The notes under the pieces: model-generated
The model's input: the letters and a program-made list of their open reading frames with translations, nothing else
Databases searched by the model: none
What the model was told of the DNA's origin: nothing
Shown: piece after piece, positions 1 through 10,823 of the stretch
How positions within the stretch are numbered: position 1 is the stretch's first letter
Layout of the letters: the number at the start of each line of letters is the position of its first letter
Source: a virus
Taxonomy: Duplodnaviria > Caudoviricetes
IMG/VR virus record: IMGVR_UViG_3300028591_000071
DNA length: 64,000 nucleotides
Direction: 5' to 3' (one strand)
Program-made: the position numbers and the translations under genes

Positions 1-124
1 ATTGTAAAGTTCTTCAACAACTTTACAATTATTTTATATCCATCCGCGATGCTTCTGGGTGTAAGACCTTCCAAGAGTATCAAGAGTGGCTTATGAATAA
101 TCAGGGATTTAGAATGTAACGAAT

Positions 125-418
125 ATGCCAGCATTTTATTTTAAGCAGCCGAACGGCTTATTTGGACGATTTTCCACAGTGGTTGATTGTCCAACAGATT
201 ATAACTGCACCAAGGAAGAACTCATTGAAGACGCGGTTGAAACTTATCGCCAAGAACTCATGGAAGACTTCGACAAGCGTTGCAAGAGTTTTGACTATAT
301 GGTTTCGATGTTCTATGACAATAATATGACGAATAAGGAGTGGAAAGAAATGCAAAAATTAATGAAAACTCCAATAGAAGAACTAAACGAAAATAGAGAT
401 GGAAGAAAAGAAGATTAA
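125..418 (+). CDS. hypothetical phage protein
   Basis: 97-aa ORF, overlaps the start of the next gene. Confidence 0.6.
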   Translation: MPAFYFKQPNGLFGRFSTVVDCPTDYNCTKEELIEDAVETYRQELMEDFDKRCKSFDYMVSMFYDNNMTNKEWKEMQKLMKTPIEELNENRDGRKED

Positions 419-1205
419 ATGGTTAGTAATACCTGATGTACACGGGCGTGATTTTTGGATTGAACCCGTTAACCGGGTGCTTGAAGAGACAGACGCAAAA
501 ATTTGTTTCTTGGGTGATTACCTCGACATCTATCCTTATGAATTCGATTGGTCTCAAGACATAAATTGGAACATGGTTGCAGTTGACAGGTTCAAGAACA
601 TCATTGAACTTAAACGGTCAAATCCCGATAGAATAACCCTACTTCTCGGAAACCATGACGGGTCTTATGCCATAGGCGATGATATTTGTTCTTGCCGTAT
701 GGACCATGCGAACAGGAGAGAGATTGAAGGGCTGTTCATAGAAGACAAAGACTTGTTCCAAATTGCGGAAGAGATTGACATTAACGGAAAACACTTTGTA
801 TTCAGCCACGCTGGCATCCTTAAGGGGTGGGTTAAGGCCGTTTGGGGAGAAGAGGATATGAACCGCGAAGGATTCAATATCGTCGATGAACTCAACAATG
901 CTTGGCTTACAGACCATTATGGCATTCTTGATTCTCTTGGAGACTATGACAGATATCGCGGATGGGGCGGGTTCCAATATGGCTCGCCTGTTTGGTCTGA
1001 CATAAGGTCTTGGGTTAAAGCAACCCCCGAAGATACATACGGGTTCAACATCGTTGGGCATACCCAATGTGATGACAAGCCGATAATATTCGACACGATT
1101 GCAGACCTTGATTGCAGGAAAGCATTTTATCTCGATGACGAGGGCAATATTGTGGATTATGAAACCGACGAAGTTCAGAATCCAACAAAAATCGGAGAAG
1201 AATAA
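399..1205 (+). CDS. calcineurin-like metallophosphoesterase
   Basis: DVHG, GDYLD, GNHD, HAG and GHT motifs. Confidence 0.9.
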   Translation: MEEKKIKWLVIPDVHGRDFWIEPVNRVLEETDAKICFLGDYLDIYPYEFDWSQDINWNMVAVDRFKNIIELKRSNPDRITLLLGNHDGSYAIGDDICSCRMDHANRREIEGLFIEDKDLFQIAEEIDINGKHFVFSHAGILKGWVKAVWGEEDMNREGFNIVDELNNAWLTDHYGILDSLGDYDRYRGWGGFQYGSPVWSDIRSWVKATPEDTYGFNIVGHTQCDDKPIIFDTIADLDCRKAFYLDDEGNIVDYETDEVQNPTKIGEE

Positions 1206-1208
1206 GTT

Positions 1209-1223
1209 TGGCACGATATTTGC
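1209..1223 (+). promoter_or_regulatory. sigma54-like -24/-12 promoter (representative copy)
   Basis: TGGCACGATATTTGC with exact GG/GC spacing. Other copies at 5216, 6021, 12488, 16143 (+) and about 32091, 52178, 54542, 57464, 57605 (-), all intergenic and facing the downstream genes. Confidence 0.65.
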
Positions 1224-1247
1224 TATATAAAAAGCAAACACCAAAAA

Positions 1248-1556
1248 ATGAGTAAAATGAAAGGAAACTGTATGATGGGCTGCAAGCACTGTGCCTACAA
1301 AGACATCTACAAGAAACGTGAATTTAAGGACAGCGATGGAACTGTTTATGGCGTTATGAACGAATTTGTTGGCAGAGAGCATTATTGTGATGAAAACAAC
1401 GAATCGTATCAGGCGTGGCGCGAAAGGAACGCGAATAACACATATGATGTTTATAAGAACGATATCATGGAATGTTTTGAGCCTAATGAATTTACGGACT
1501 CTCTAAACAGCATGATTGACACTGCGAACGAAATTTTATCTTTAATGAAGAAGTGA
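1248..1556 (+). CDS. hypothetical protein with CxxC
   Basis: ORF directly after the promoter motif. Confidence 0.6.
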   Translation: MSKMKGNCMMGCKHCAYKDIYKKREFKDSDGTVYGVMNEFVGREHYCDENNESYQAWRERNANNTYDVYKNDIMECFEPNEFTDSLNSMIDTANEILSLMKK

Positions 1557-1557
1557 T

Positions 1558-3087
1558 ATGAAGAAACTTATATTGAAAGAAGGGGCAAACCCAAACTACC
1601 TTGCAACAATTTGCAAGATTGGCGAAACTCAGCCGATTGAGGGCGCAGACCGCCTTGTAAAGACCGTTATCAACGGCTACGACATTGTTATTTCCAAGGA
1701 TATGAAGCCTGGGACTATCGTTGTGTATTTCCCTGTGGAGTGTGCGATTTCTCAGGAGTTCCTGTCTGCCAACAACCTGTTTGAGCGTGGCGAATTCTAT
1801 CGTAACGCAAATGCCGAAGAGGTCAAGGCCATGATTGAAAAGGTGGAAAAAATCGGCCTTAAACAGTCTTGGTCTTGGGACGAAGAGAAAGGTAGCGAAA
1901 ACCCATACCGTGAGTTAACCAAGGAAGAGGTTGAAGAGCGTGATAAGATTCTTGCCGAGATTAAGTCCATGTGTGGCTTCTTCGGGAAGAACGGGCGTGT
2001 CCGTATCCTCAAACTCCGTGGTCAATATTCTCAGGGATTCATCGCAGGCGTTGACGCTCTCGTGAACTTTGCACCTGAACTCGCTGATGCCGATTGGGAG
2101 TCCCTTGTCGGTACGCAGTTCAACTTCGTTGGCGAGAAAGAGATTTGCTGGAAGTATGTTCCTGCGACAAAAGAAGTTCGCAGTGGCGGCGGTTCCGAGC
2201 GTGAGTGGAAGAAGAGGATGAAGCACCTCAAGAAGTTTGACCGCCTTATTGACGGGCAGTTCGCCTTTCATTATGACACCAAAATGCTCGCTGAGCATAT
2301 CAGCGAGATTAGTCCAGACGACAATGTGTCTATTACCGTAAAGGTTCACGGAACTTCTGTCATCATTGCAAACATCCTTTGCAACCGAAAGTTGTCCGTT
2401 TGGGAGAAGGTTAAGAAGTTCTTCGGCTTCAAGGTGAAGGACAAGGAGTACAGCAACATCTATGCTTCCCGTTCCGTTATCAAGAACCGTTACATCAATC
2501 CCGACAAGCACGACTTCTATGGCGGCGACCCTTGGGGCTGCGTGGAGCGCGATTTCGGGCCGTATCTTGAGGAAGGAATGACCGTTTACGGAGAAATTGC
2601 AGGATATGTTGAGGGTTCTCAAAGCATGATTCAAGCAAAGCACGACTATGGCTGTAAGCCCGGCCAGTGGAAATTCATGCCTTACCGAATCACAATGACC
2701 GATGAACTCGGGAACAAGACCGAGTGGGATGTTGCACAGGTTGACAAGTGGACCCGCGACCTTGTTGTGGCACACCCTGAACTCGCCGAGAAGACGATGT
2801 TCCTCACCATCCTTTATCATGGCCGCTTCGGTGACCTCTATCCTGACCTCGACGAGAGTCAACATTGGCATGCTAATGTTCTCGCTCGCATGAAGACCGA
2901 CAGGACGAACTTCCTTATGGAAGAGGACGAGCCGCTTTGCAAGAACAAGGTTCCTCGTGAGGGTATTGTCATCCGCATTGACGGCGACAAGTTCGCTCGT
3001 GCATGGAAACTCAAGACTCTCCGCCATTACGGAAAGGAGGCCGAGCAGCACGACAAGGGTGAGGTTGACATGGAAGAGGATGCTTAA
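1558..3087 (+). CDS. RNA ligase, DRB0094/Rnl5-like, with N-terminal OB domain
   Basis: N-terminal PIEGADRL...LRGQYSQG; motif I KVHGT, III VYGE, IV REGIVI, V WKLK. Confidence 0.8.
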   Translation: MKKLILKEGANPNYLATICKIGETQPIEGADRLVKTVINGYDIVISKDMKPGTIVVYFPVECAISQEFLSANNLFERGEFYRNANAEEVKAMIEKVEKIGLKQSWSWDEEKGSENPYRELTKEEVEERDKILAEIKSMCGFFGKNGRVRILKLRGQYSQGFIAGVDALVNFAPELADADWESLVGTQFNFVGEKEICWKYVPATKEVRSGGGSEREWKKRMKHLKKFDRLIDGQFAFHYDTKMLAEHISEISPDDNVSITVKVHGTSVIIANILCNRKLSVWEKVKKFFGFKVKDKEYSNIYASRSVIKNRYINPDKHDFYGGDPWGCVERDFGPYLEEGMTVYGEIAGYVEGSQSMIQAKHDYGCKPGQWKFMPYRITMTDELGNKTEWDVAQVDKWTRDLVVAHPELAEKTMFLTILYHGRFGDLYPDLDESQHWHANVLARMKTDRTNFLMEEDEPLCKNKVPREGIVIRIDGDKFARAWKLKTLRHYGKEAEQHDKGEVDMEEDA

Positions 3088-3093
3088 ACGAAC

Positions 3094-3124
3094 AATCCCG
3101 GGCTTAACGCTCGGGATTTGTTTT
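3094..3124 (+). terminator. intrinsic terminator
   Basis: AATCCCGGGC..GCTCGGGATT hairpin followed by a T-rich tail. Confidence 0.6.
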
Positions 3125-3152
3125 ACTCCGCATTTTTTTGTATATTTGGAAC

Positions 3153-3866
3153 ATGAGTGTGAATTGTTATTTTTTAATTGAAGTAAAAGGTGCTGACGGA
3201 AAATGGCATCTCGTAAAATGGTATTCAAACGAACCCTTTGATGAGTTTGACAAGGATACCGCAATATATTCATTCGAAACCGAAGCAGAAATAAATGGAA
3301 AGAAGACCATTGAAAAACACGAAATTTGGACGGGCCTTCAGTGGCGCGACGAATTGTCTTGGAGCCGAAATTTTGATAGGGATATATCCACAGAGGGCCT
3401 TCCAAAAGATATCAGTGAAGAACTTGACGCACTTATAAAAAAAAGATGGGAAAAAGAAAAAGAACGCCGCGTTGAACTCTATGGGAGCTCAGAAAGTGAA
3501 TACGAATACAAAACAAGATTCTATTACACCTACCTGAATGAAATGTGGGGTGTTTGCGATGAAAGGATGAAACAATGGAAAGATTCATTGCTTAAATGCG
3601 TCCGCGACACCCAACTTGATGAGATAAATGACAAACTTGATGACCTTAAAAAACTCGTTCAAGGAAAGGAAGTGAAAGCCAAAAAGAAGAAGGATGATGA
3701 CGAAGAGTTCTATGAAGACACGCTTGAATATCATCTTGATGAACATCTTGAAGATGTCATCGCTCTTCGTAAGGAAACGAAAATGTTGTCCACTATAGCG
3801 GAGACATTTGTTGGCGACAGATGGCTTGACAGCGAGAGAGTTAGAGTATATTTTTATTTTTCATAA
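3153..3866 (+). CDS. hypothetical protein
   Basis: ORF after a TATATTTG -7 box; ATG at 3153. Confidence 0.65.
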   Translation: MSVNCYFLIEVKGADGKWHLVKWYSNEPFDEFDKDTAIYSFETEAEINGKKTIEKHEIWTGLQWRDELSWSRNFDRDISTEGLPKDISEELDALIKKRWEKEKERRVELYGSSESEYEYKTRFYYTYLNEMWGVCDERMKQWKDSLLKCVRDTQLDEINDKLDDLKKLVQGKEVKAKKKKDDDEEFYEDTLEYHLDEHLEDVIALRKETKMLSTIAETFVGDRWLDSERVRVYFYFS

Positions 3867-4552
3867 TGGAACCGATTAACACCAAATATCCAAGGACCTA
3901 CCACCTTCCGTGGTCTCCGGGAACGACATCCGATGACAGGAAGTTGTCGGGAGATTGGTTTTTATCGTATCATGGCAAAGAAATTGTAATTTCTGAAAAA
4001 TGCGACGGAGAAAATTTGGCAATTAACCACTACGATTGCTTTGCCCGTTCACACGGAGCACCAACTCGTTCTCCATGGTCAAGGAATATTTGGGATAAAG
4101 ATGGTTTACTTTGGCAATTAAAAGATAAAATCGGAGAAAACGAAACGATTTATGGAGAAAATTTATACGGAGAGCATTCAATCCATTACGATAAACTTAC
4201 CTCATATTGGCATATATTTGCTGTAACAAACGGAAATGTTTGGTATTCATGGGATGATGTTTGTACAATCGCCGAAATATTAAAACAACCAACAGTTCCC
4301 GTGCTTTGGAGGGGGATTGTCAACACCGAAGAAGAACTCAGGGCTCTTGTGGATAGATTCGTTTCGGAGCCGTCAGTTTATGGCCCTACGCGGGAAGGAG
4401 TTGTTATAAGGGTATCTAACGAGTTCCCAATTGACGAGTTCAATACACATGTTTGTAAATGGGTTCGCCCAAACCATATTCAAACCGATGAACACTGGAC
4501 AAAGAATTGGAAAAGGGCAAAATTAATGTGGGAAAATGAAACACTACGATAG
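3866..4552 (+). CDS. RNA ligase family protein
   Basis: KYPRTYHLPWSPG N-terminus; EKCDGEN, YGEN, REGVVIR, CKWVR motifs. Confidence 0.85.
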   Translation: MEPINTKYPRTYHLPWSPGTTSDDRKLSGDWFLSYHGKEIVISEKCDGENLAINHYDCFARSHGAPTRSPWSRNIWDKDGLLWQLKDKIGENETIYGENLYGEHSIHYDKLTSYWHIFAVTNGNVWYSWDDVCTIAEILKQPTVPVLWRGIVNTEEELRALVDRFVSEPSVYGPTREGVVIRVSNEFPIDEFNTHVCKWVRPNHIQTDEHWTKNWKRAKLMWENETLR

Positions 4553-5213
4553 CATACCAAGAATACAAGATGATGGAACACTGAAAGGAGAGACCGTATG
4601 GGGGTTTAACAAACTCGACGGCCAAAACTTCTGTGTCACTTACAATTGTAGGAAAAAGACTTGGGGGCCTTATGGTTCAAGGACGGTCAGCGTTGATGAG
4701 AACAGCGAACAATTCGGCCCTGTTGTAAAGTGGTTCAACGCATCTCCGTATCGTGAAATTCTTTCAGGCATAATGAAAGAAAACAGCGGAAAGAAAGGTA
4801 TATTCAATGGCGTGGAGGAAGTGACATTTTTCTTTGAATGGTACGGAGAGAATTCGTTTGCGGGAAAGCATCAGGAGGGCGATGAAATGCATCTCGCCCT
4901 TATTGATGTATTCCTTAAGAAGCGCGGGTATATGGAGCCAGGTGACTACTATAACCTGTTTAACAACAGCGGAATCGAGATGCCCGAATTGATATACAAA
5001 GGCCCGCTCAATGAGGAAATAATCAGATGTGTTCAAGAATGTGATTGGACCAAGTCAAATGATGTGCTCGGTACAATTAAGGAGGGTGTGGTTTTCAAGC
5101 GTAGCACCCTGATGAAGGGGCAGAGAAGGCCAAGCGTAAAAGTAAAAACAAAGTGGTGGCTCAATAAACTCCATTCAATGTATAGTGAAGAAGAATGTAA
5201 GAAACTTGAATAG
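4536..5213 (+). CDS. RNA ligase-like nucleotidyltransferase
   Basis: NKLDGQN, FFEW, KEGVVFK and KVKT ligase motifs. Confidence 0.7.
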   Translation: MKHYDSIPRIQDDGTLKGETVWGFNKLDGQNFCVTYNCRKKTWGPYGSRTVSVDENSEQFGPVVKWFNASPYREILSGIMKENSGKKGIFNGVEEVTFFFEWYGENSFAGKHQEGDEMHLALIDVFLKKRGYMEPGDYYNLFNNSGIEMPELIYKGPLNEEIIRCVQECDWTKSNDVLGTIKEGVVFKRSTLMKGQRRPSVKVKTKWWLNKLHSMYSEEECKKLE

Positions 5214-5401
5214 TTTGGCACGGTTTTTGAATAAAAAAAGTGTTATGATTAAAAAAGGAAAATATCAAATTTACATGCAATGTTTTGCTTGTGGACGGGT
5301 ATATATGCTTAGAGTAATCAGACTTCTCAGCAATATCAAGAAGGGAAGATTGACTGTTTGGTGCAACAACGAATTTACATTAATTCATTAAAATAAAGGA
5401 A

Positions 5402-5833
5402 ATGAAAGCACCGATTAGATTTGTTAAGGTAGGAAAAAAGAAGATTCAGGTTTGGTTTGATAATTTTGAATACTATCAGCCGAACGACCATGTAACGGGA
5501 GACTGCGGAATCAGGGCCGTGTCAAAGGCTCTTGACTGCTCTTGGGAGGATGCCCTCACCAAACTTTATGACTCCGCGATGAAGATAAAGGAGGCTCCCG
5601 GTTCAAGAGAAAACATAGAGAATACGCTCAAGGTCTACGGATTCAAATGGGTTCCAATCACTCCAAAGCGCGGAGAAAAAAGGCCAACCGTATCTAATTT
5701 TGCAAAAGATAACAACGAAGGGACATATGTGCTTAGCCTCGCAAGTCATGTGGTCTGTGCAAAAAATGGGAAATATTACGATATTTGGGATAGCGGGGAT
5801 AAATCAATGTATGGTTATTGGAAAAAGGATTAA
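5402..5833 (+). CDS. conserved phage protein (GDCGIRA...SHVV...YYDIWDS)
   Basis: Cys/His/Asp arrangement suggests a papain-like fold (inference). Confidence 0.6.
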   Translation: MKAPIRFVKVGKKKIQVWFDNFEYYQPNDHVTGDCGIRAVSKALDCSWEDALTKLYDSAMKIKEAPGSRENIENTLKVYGFKWVPITPKRGEKRPTVSNFAKDNNEGTYVLSLASHVVCAKNGKYYDIWDSGDKSMYGYWKKD

Positions 5834-6073
5834 ATATGTATTACTATATTATTAAACACGAAGATTTTGAACTGCCGTTCATGGTATTTGCCGGCACTAT
5901 TGCCGAAGCGGTTAATAAAGTGATGGCTTACTTGTCTGAAGACATGATTTGTAGCGAAGAAGGTATCAAAAGCATAGAAAGAGTAGATTTTGATGGGATT
6001 ATTCTGAAATAAGAATAGTTTGGCACGGTTTTTGAATAGTGATAAGAATATAACTTAAAAAGAAAATTTAGAC

Positions 6074-6946
6074 ATGAGTACAATGATTTCTTTCAGCAAC
6101 AACAATCTCGCAAACGAATTTATGACAATGGATGAACTCCGCAAGGCTTGCCCTATGGCCTTCAAGTCTAACCCCACCAACCCTGATGTGTCTGACAGAT
6201 ACGTTCATGCCAATACGGCAACGGTTATCGAAGACCTTGGAAAACTCGGATGGATGCCCGTTCAGGCAAAGCAGTGCAGGGCTAAGAAAAACTCTTCCGG
6301 CATCAGGTCTTTCCACATGCTCGCCTTTCAGAATCCGAATGTGAAAATCGTCAAGCAGAATGCGGACGGCACGGAGACAACCGATGCTTACCCTCGCATC
6401 ATCCTCACGAACAGCCACGATGGGTTCAACTCGTTCAAGTTTATGATGGGCATTTATCGCCTTATCTGCAGCAACGGCCTTGTCGTTGCCGATGGTGAAA
6501 TGATTAACATGACCATCCGTCACATCAACTACTCCTTTGATGAACTCCGCAAGGTTGTCAATGAAGCCATCAAGCAGGTTCCTAATATCGTGATGACGAT
6601 GAATACGATGAAGAACACGGAGGTCACTGACGAGCAGAAGCGTGAAATGGCTACGGAGGTCGTCAAGATTCGCAAAAACATTGAGGACGACAAGAAGTTC
6701 AGTCTTGACGAGGATACCATCAGGGAAATTCTCATGCCCGTCCGTGAAGAGGACAACGGCAATGACCTATGGACAGTGTTCAACATCTGTCAGGAGAAAC
6801 TTATCAAGGGTGGCTACATGGCACTCGGTAACAATAACAAGGTGCGTAAACAGCGTAGCATCACTTCCATCAAGAAGGACATTGACTACAATCAGCGTCT
6901 GTGGGATGTGGCTATGCGTTATATGCCCACTACGGTAGCAGCGTAA
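6074..6946 (+). CDS. DUF932/DUF945 family protein
   Basis: NSHDG...GIYRLICSNG...IRH and LWTVFN motifs. Confidence 0.85.
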   Translation: MSTMISFSNNNLANEFMTMDELRKACPMAFKSNPTNPDVSDRYVHANTATVIEDLGKLGWMPVQAKQCRAKKNSSGIRSFHMLAFQNPNVKIVKQNADGTETTDAYPRIILTNSHDGFNSFKFMMGIYRLICSNGLVVADGEMINMTIRHINYSFDELRKVVNEAIKQVPNIVMTMNTMKNTEVTDEQKREMATEVVKIRKNIEDDKKFSLDEDTIREILMPVREEDNGNDLWTVFNICQEKLIKGGYMALGNNNKVRKQRSITSIKKDIDYNQRLWDVAMRYMPTTVAA

Positions 6947-6947
6947 T

Positions 6948-7172
6948 ATGACACGAAAAGAAGCGCAGGGAATACTGCTCAACTCGCTTGAGAATGACGG
7001 AAAAGGATGGGACGACATCGTTTTCTCTGCTGTCAAAAAGGGAAAGAACTCTTGGACAAAGCGGGAGGTTTATGATGCAGTAGTCGAAGATAGGAGCGTC
7101 GAAGGGGATAATTATAATCCGATTGACAGTCTCCTGCGGTTTGAAGAATGGAAAAAGAACGGAAGAAAATGA
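6948..7172 (+). CDS. hypothetical protein
   Basis: tightly packed operon ORF. Confidence 0.55.
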   Translation: MTRKEAQGILLNSLENDGKGWDDIVFSAVKKGKNSWTKREVYDAVVEDRSVEGDNYNPIDSLLRFEEWKKNGRK

Positions 7173-7402
7173 GCGTACAAAAAGATTGGTTTATGAATGT
7201 AGAGGACGCAAAGGCCATAATGCGTGCTCAGGATGATTGGGAGTGGAACAAATTCACCGCCAATGCAGCAAAAGACATTCTTGTTGGGCTTATCGGAAGG
7301 AAATATGATGCGGTACACGCGGATAAAAAATGCGCAGAAATAGCAGTAAGGTATGCAATGGCCCTTACAGAAGAATTAAGAAACAAATTAGGAGAACAAT
7401 GA
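7148..7402 (+). CDS. hypothetical protein
   Basis: operon ORF with ATGA overlaps; true start possibly 7169. Confidence 0.55.
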   Translation: MEKERKKMSVQKDWFMNVEDAKAIMRAQDDWEWNKFTANAAKDILVGLIGRKYDAVHADKKCAEIAVRYAMALTEELRNKLGEQ

Positions 7403-7758
7403 AACAGATAGGAACTGATTTTCAGGGATGGCCGGTGACTGCGATGACCCTCGGTGAGATTCTTCACCGACTTGGTTTCAAGAAACGCTTCGGTTTGGTT
7501 TGCATCAATGCCAATGACCCGATTCTCAAGGCGTATCCGCGACTACTCACAGACGATGGGATGGGCTATGGCATCAGACCCGAATTTGTGACTGAAGCGG
7601 ACCGAAACACGTATGAGGTGGGCATCAACGCCATTGACTATGAGACCGGAGAAGACCCGAAGTTGAGCATCACCCCTTATGTAAAACAGGAAACGATTAA
7701 GGTGTTCAATCTCTTCAGAGATGTTCCCGAACACCCGTTAGAAGAAGATGACGAATAG
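7399..7758 (+). CDS. hypothetical protein
   Basis: ATGA-coupled start at 7399. Confidence 0.55.
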   Translation: MKQIGTDFQGWPVTAMTLGEILHRLGFKKRFGLVCINANDPILKAYPRLLTDDGMGYGIRPEFVTEADRNTYEVGINAIDYETGEDPKLSITPYVKQETIKVFNLFRDVPEHPLEEDDE

Positions 7759-8020
7759 TCTTTTACTTTACATCATTATTGCGTTCATCAATGTGTTCCT
7801 GCATATCTTCAGGAGCATTTTGGTGATTAAGAGCGGGAAGTTTGTTGCATCGTTCTTCAACTGCGTATGCTACACCTTCTCCGCCGTGGTAATCAAGTTC
7901 ATTGCCGAATTTGACATGCTCACGGCGATATTGGTTCAGGCTGGCACGAATTTTGTAGGATGTTATGTGGCTATGTGGGCTGCAGAGAAATTTTTAAAAC
8001 AAAAAGGAAATGAGACTTAG
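7748..8020 (+). CDS. small membrane protein
   Basis: three hydrophobic segments. Confidence 0.6.
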   Translation: MTNSLLLYIIIAFINVFLHIFRSILVIKSGKFVASFFNCVCYTFSAVVIKFIAEFDMLTAILVQAGTNFVGCYVAMWAAEKFLKQKGNET

Positions 8021-9167
8021 GAAACTTATAAACACCGAAAAGTGTGAATACAACTGGAAGAAAATTGAAAAGATAAAAGAGTTCGACGCGCTAAAGCATG
8101 CCGAACAGAGTCCTCGTTGGCATAAGGAAGGGAATGCGTGGAATCACACCGTTGCGGTCTGTAACGAAGCCATAAAAATGGCCAAAGACGAATACTTCAG
8201 TGACGAAGACCGCCTTATCTTCCTTGCCGCCGCTCTCTTCCACGATATCGGAAAGAGTGTTACCACCAAAATTGGCAAGGACGGAAATTGGCATTCCTAC
8301 GGCCACGAGTTTGAGGGCGAGAAGATGACCCGTCTCCTTCTTTGGAACGAGGATGTGTGGCTAAGGGAGCGTATCTGTTCCCTTGTCCGTTATCATATGG
8401 AAATTGAATTCATTGCCGAATCCGAGAAGTTCCTTACCAAACTCGTATCCATCTCCAAGGCAGTTAAGAATCTTGATATGCTTATCAAGTTGAAAGAATG
8501 CGACCTTCGTGGAAGTATTCAGGCTGACGAGGAAGGAAAGCAGATTGAACTTATCAAAATGCAGGACATTAGAGACACTGCCCACTCTCTTGGCTTCCTT
8601 TATGGAATGGCGTCAGTGCCTGAATTCTACCAATATACTTGGCAGAAAACGCTAAAGGCGAAGAACAGCGGGAAGCCGTTCACAGTCGTCGTTCCAATTG
8701 GAATCAGCGGTGCGGGAAAGAGCACTTGGATTAAGGAGAATTACCCCGATGCGGTTGTCATCAGCCGTGACGCAATCCGTGAGGAACTTGGCTATGTGAA
8801 GCCCGGCAGGAAGGCAGTCCTTTCCCGTCAGAAGGAAGACAAGGTTTCAACGATTTTCAATCAGCGTCTTACGGATGCGGCCCGTGACGGTAGTAAGACC
8901 ATCGTCCTTGATAACCTAAACCTCAAGAAAAAATACAGGGACGCTTATAAGGAGCAACTTTCTCTTTACGCCGTTAATTGGGTTTACGCCTACATTGAGG
9001 CCCGTGGTGGCCTGCAGGTGAACCTTGAGCGAAGGGACGGTGACCTTGACATGGAAACTCTCAAGGGAATGGTTTCTGTGCTTGAATGGCCTCGTCCTGA
9101 CGAGTACGACAAGTTCGGCATCTTCACCAACGGTGGCGAAGTAGAAGACGAAAATAATAACTTTTAA
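8010..9167 (+). CDS. HD phosphohydrolase fused to polynucleotide kinase (HD-Pnk)
   Basis: H.EG...HT, FHDIGK, HM, D motifs; C-terminal GISGAGKST, SRD.IR, LDNLNL. Confidence 0.85.
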   Translation: MRLRKLINTEKCEYNWKKIEKIKEFDALKHAEQSPRWHKEGNAWNHTVAVCNEAIKMAKDEYFSDEDRLIFLAAALFHDIGKSVTTKIGKDGNWHSYGHEFEGEKMTRLLLWNEDVWLRERICSLVRYHMEIEFIAESEKFLTKLVSISKAVKNLDMLIKLKECDLRGSIQADEEGKQIELIKMQDIRDTAHSLGFLYGMASVPEFYQYTWQKTLKAKNSGKPFTVVVPIGISGAGKSTWIKENYPDAVVISRDAIREELGYVKPGRKAVLSRQKEDKVSTIFNQRLTDAARDGSKTIVLDNLNLKKKYRDAYKEQLSLYAVNWVYAYIEARGGLQVNLERRDGDLDMETLKGMVSVLEWPRPDEYDKFGIFTNGGEVEDENNNF

Positions 9168-9182
9168 AAACATTCAGTAAAA

Positions 9183-9785
9183 ATGCGTGATGAAAGCATT
9201 TTCAGGGTTTCTGACGAGGCGATGAGCGAAAACATCGGTGACTTCCTTGACCGTACCATGTACAAGGAGAATACTACTGATTTTGAAAGAGTATATGACA
9301 AGGAAAGGCAGGTAAAAGGTATCGACACCATTTTTACCCTGTTTGACGAAAAGTATCACTGCGACGAGAAAGCGTCCGTGAGGTGGAGGAACCTTAACAC
9401 CTTTTCCTTGGAAATTTCATTCATCAACCGGAGGGGAGACGTAGTTGACGGGTGGTTCGTAAGCGATAAGTGCGAGAACGATTCCTATCTCTTCATTTGG
9501 ATTGACGACCACGGCGACGGGGAGAAGGTCGAGGCTGCTCTCGTAAGAAAAAAGAACCTTATGGACTACATCGAAAGCATCGGGTGGACAAAGGAGAAGA
9601 TGAAGGAGAAAAGTCAACAGATTAGGGAACAGGACGGGATTGGGATAAATTTCGGTAACCTTAAGAAAAACGGCTGCAAGTTCTCCTTCTCGAGGAAATT
9701 GGTTGAAAAACCGATAAACATCCTCCTTCCGAGGGAAACACTCATCAATCTTGCCGATTTCGTCTTCAGGAGGGATTTGTCCTAA
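9183..9785 (+). CDS. putative PD-(D/E)XK-like nuclease
   Basis: Q.KGID...DEK motif. Confidence 0.45.
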   Translation: MRDESIFRVSDEAMSENIGDFLDRTMYKENTTDFERVYDKERQVKGIDTIFTLFDEKYHCDEKASVRWRNLNTFSLEISFINRRGDVVDGWFVSDKCENDSYLFIWIDDHGDGEKVEAALVRKKNLMDYIESIGWTKEKMKEKSQQIREQDGIGINFGNLKKNGCKFSFSRKLVEKPINILLPRETLINLADFVFRRDLS

Positions 9786-9890
9786 AAAACACGCTCCTCA
9801 TCAACGGGGAGCGTTTATTATCTTTTTTTACTTGCATTTCCGCCATATTTTTTGTACATTCACAGAAATAACCGAATTAAAATATATAAA

Positions 9891-10823
9891 ATGCCATTAG
9901 GTAATGATTATCTTATAAACGCAAGAAAAGAAAAAAATGATGAGTTTTATACTCAATATGAAGACATCTCGTCAGAAATAAATAAATTCTCGGAGCACTT
10001 CAAGGGAAAGGTGGTATACTGTCCTTGCGACGGCCATCTATCAAATTTTCCGAAGTTTTTTAAGGATAACTTTGAAACGCTCGACCTTAAAGGTTTATAC
10101 TATACGAGCCTGACGGAAGACTGCCGTTACTATGACGGCAGGGATGATATTGTGTCGGGCGGCCCCATTGACATCACTTCCGAAGAATTTCTCAAGAAAC
10201 TCGACGAATGCGACATTGTTGTGACCAACCCTCCGTTCAGTCTTTTTGTGGATTTTCTCAACAATATCATCACACACAAGAAGGAATATCTCATTATCGG
10301 CTCACAGAATACCATCAGTTGTAAGGACGTGTTTCAGCATCTTATGAATGAAGAGACCTACCTTGATTACGGATTCAAGGGTATTGCAGGATGGTTTATG
10401 GTTCCATCACATTATGAAGACAGGGCTACCGCGGGTGAGCACAAAGAGGGTAGGATAAGGGTATCGGGTGTCATTTGGTATACAAGTTTCAATGCCTTCG
10501 AAAATAAGCCATTTATCACCCTTAAAGAAACATATTATAACGAGGATGGAACGACCAAGGATGATGAATATCCGAAGTACGACCATTTTCGACAAATATC
10601 CGGATTGGACGAGGATGCCATCGAGGTTAAATATGTAAAAAAAATTCCCAAGGACTACTACGGTTATATGGGTGTTCCGATATCTTTCTTCGGTAAATAT
10701 AACCCGAAACAATTTGAACTGATTCAATTGGACCACTACGGACCACTCGGCAATCAGGATAATGTTGTAAACGGGGAGCAAAAATACAGGAGAATCTATG
10801 TCAAAAGAAGGAAAATCTGTTAA
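9891..10823 (+). CDS. EcoRI-family adenine DNA methyltransferase
   Basis: KNDEFYT, VYCPCD, VTNPPFS, GVPISF motifs. Confidence 0.9.
   Translation: MPLGNDYLINARKEKNDEFYTQYEDISSEINKFSEHFKGKVVYCPCDGHLSNFPKFFKDNFETLDLKGLYYTSLTEDCRYYDGRDDIVSGGPIDITSEEFLKKLDECDIVVTNPPFSLFVDFLNNIITHKKEYLIIGSQNTISCKDVFQHLMNEETYLDYGFKGIAGWFMVPSHYEDRATAGEHKEGRIRVSGVIWYTSFNAFENKPFITLKETYYNEDGTTKDDEYPKYDHFRQISGLDEDAIEVKYVKKIPKDYYGYMGVPISFFGKYNPKQFELIQLDHYGPLGNQDNVVNGEQKYRRIYVKRRKIC

Noticed and set aside
1915-3405. 496-aa minus-strand ORF and similar long antisense ORFs (639, 30266, 61730)
   Set aside because: Shadow frames of well-supported genes with no recognisable motifs
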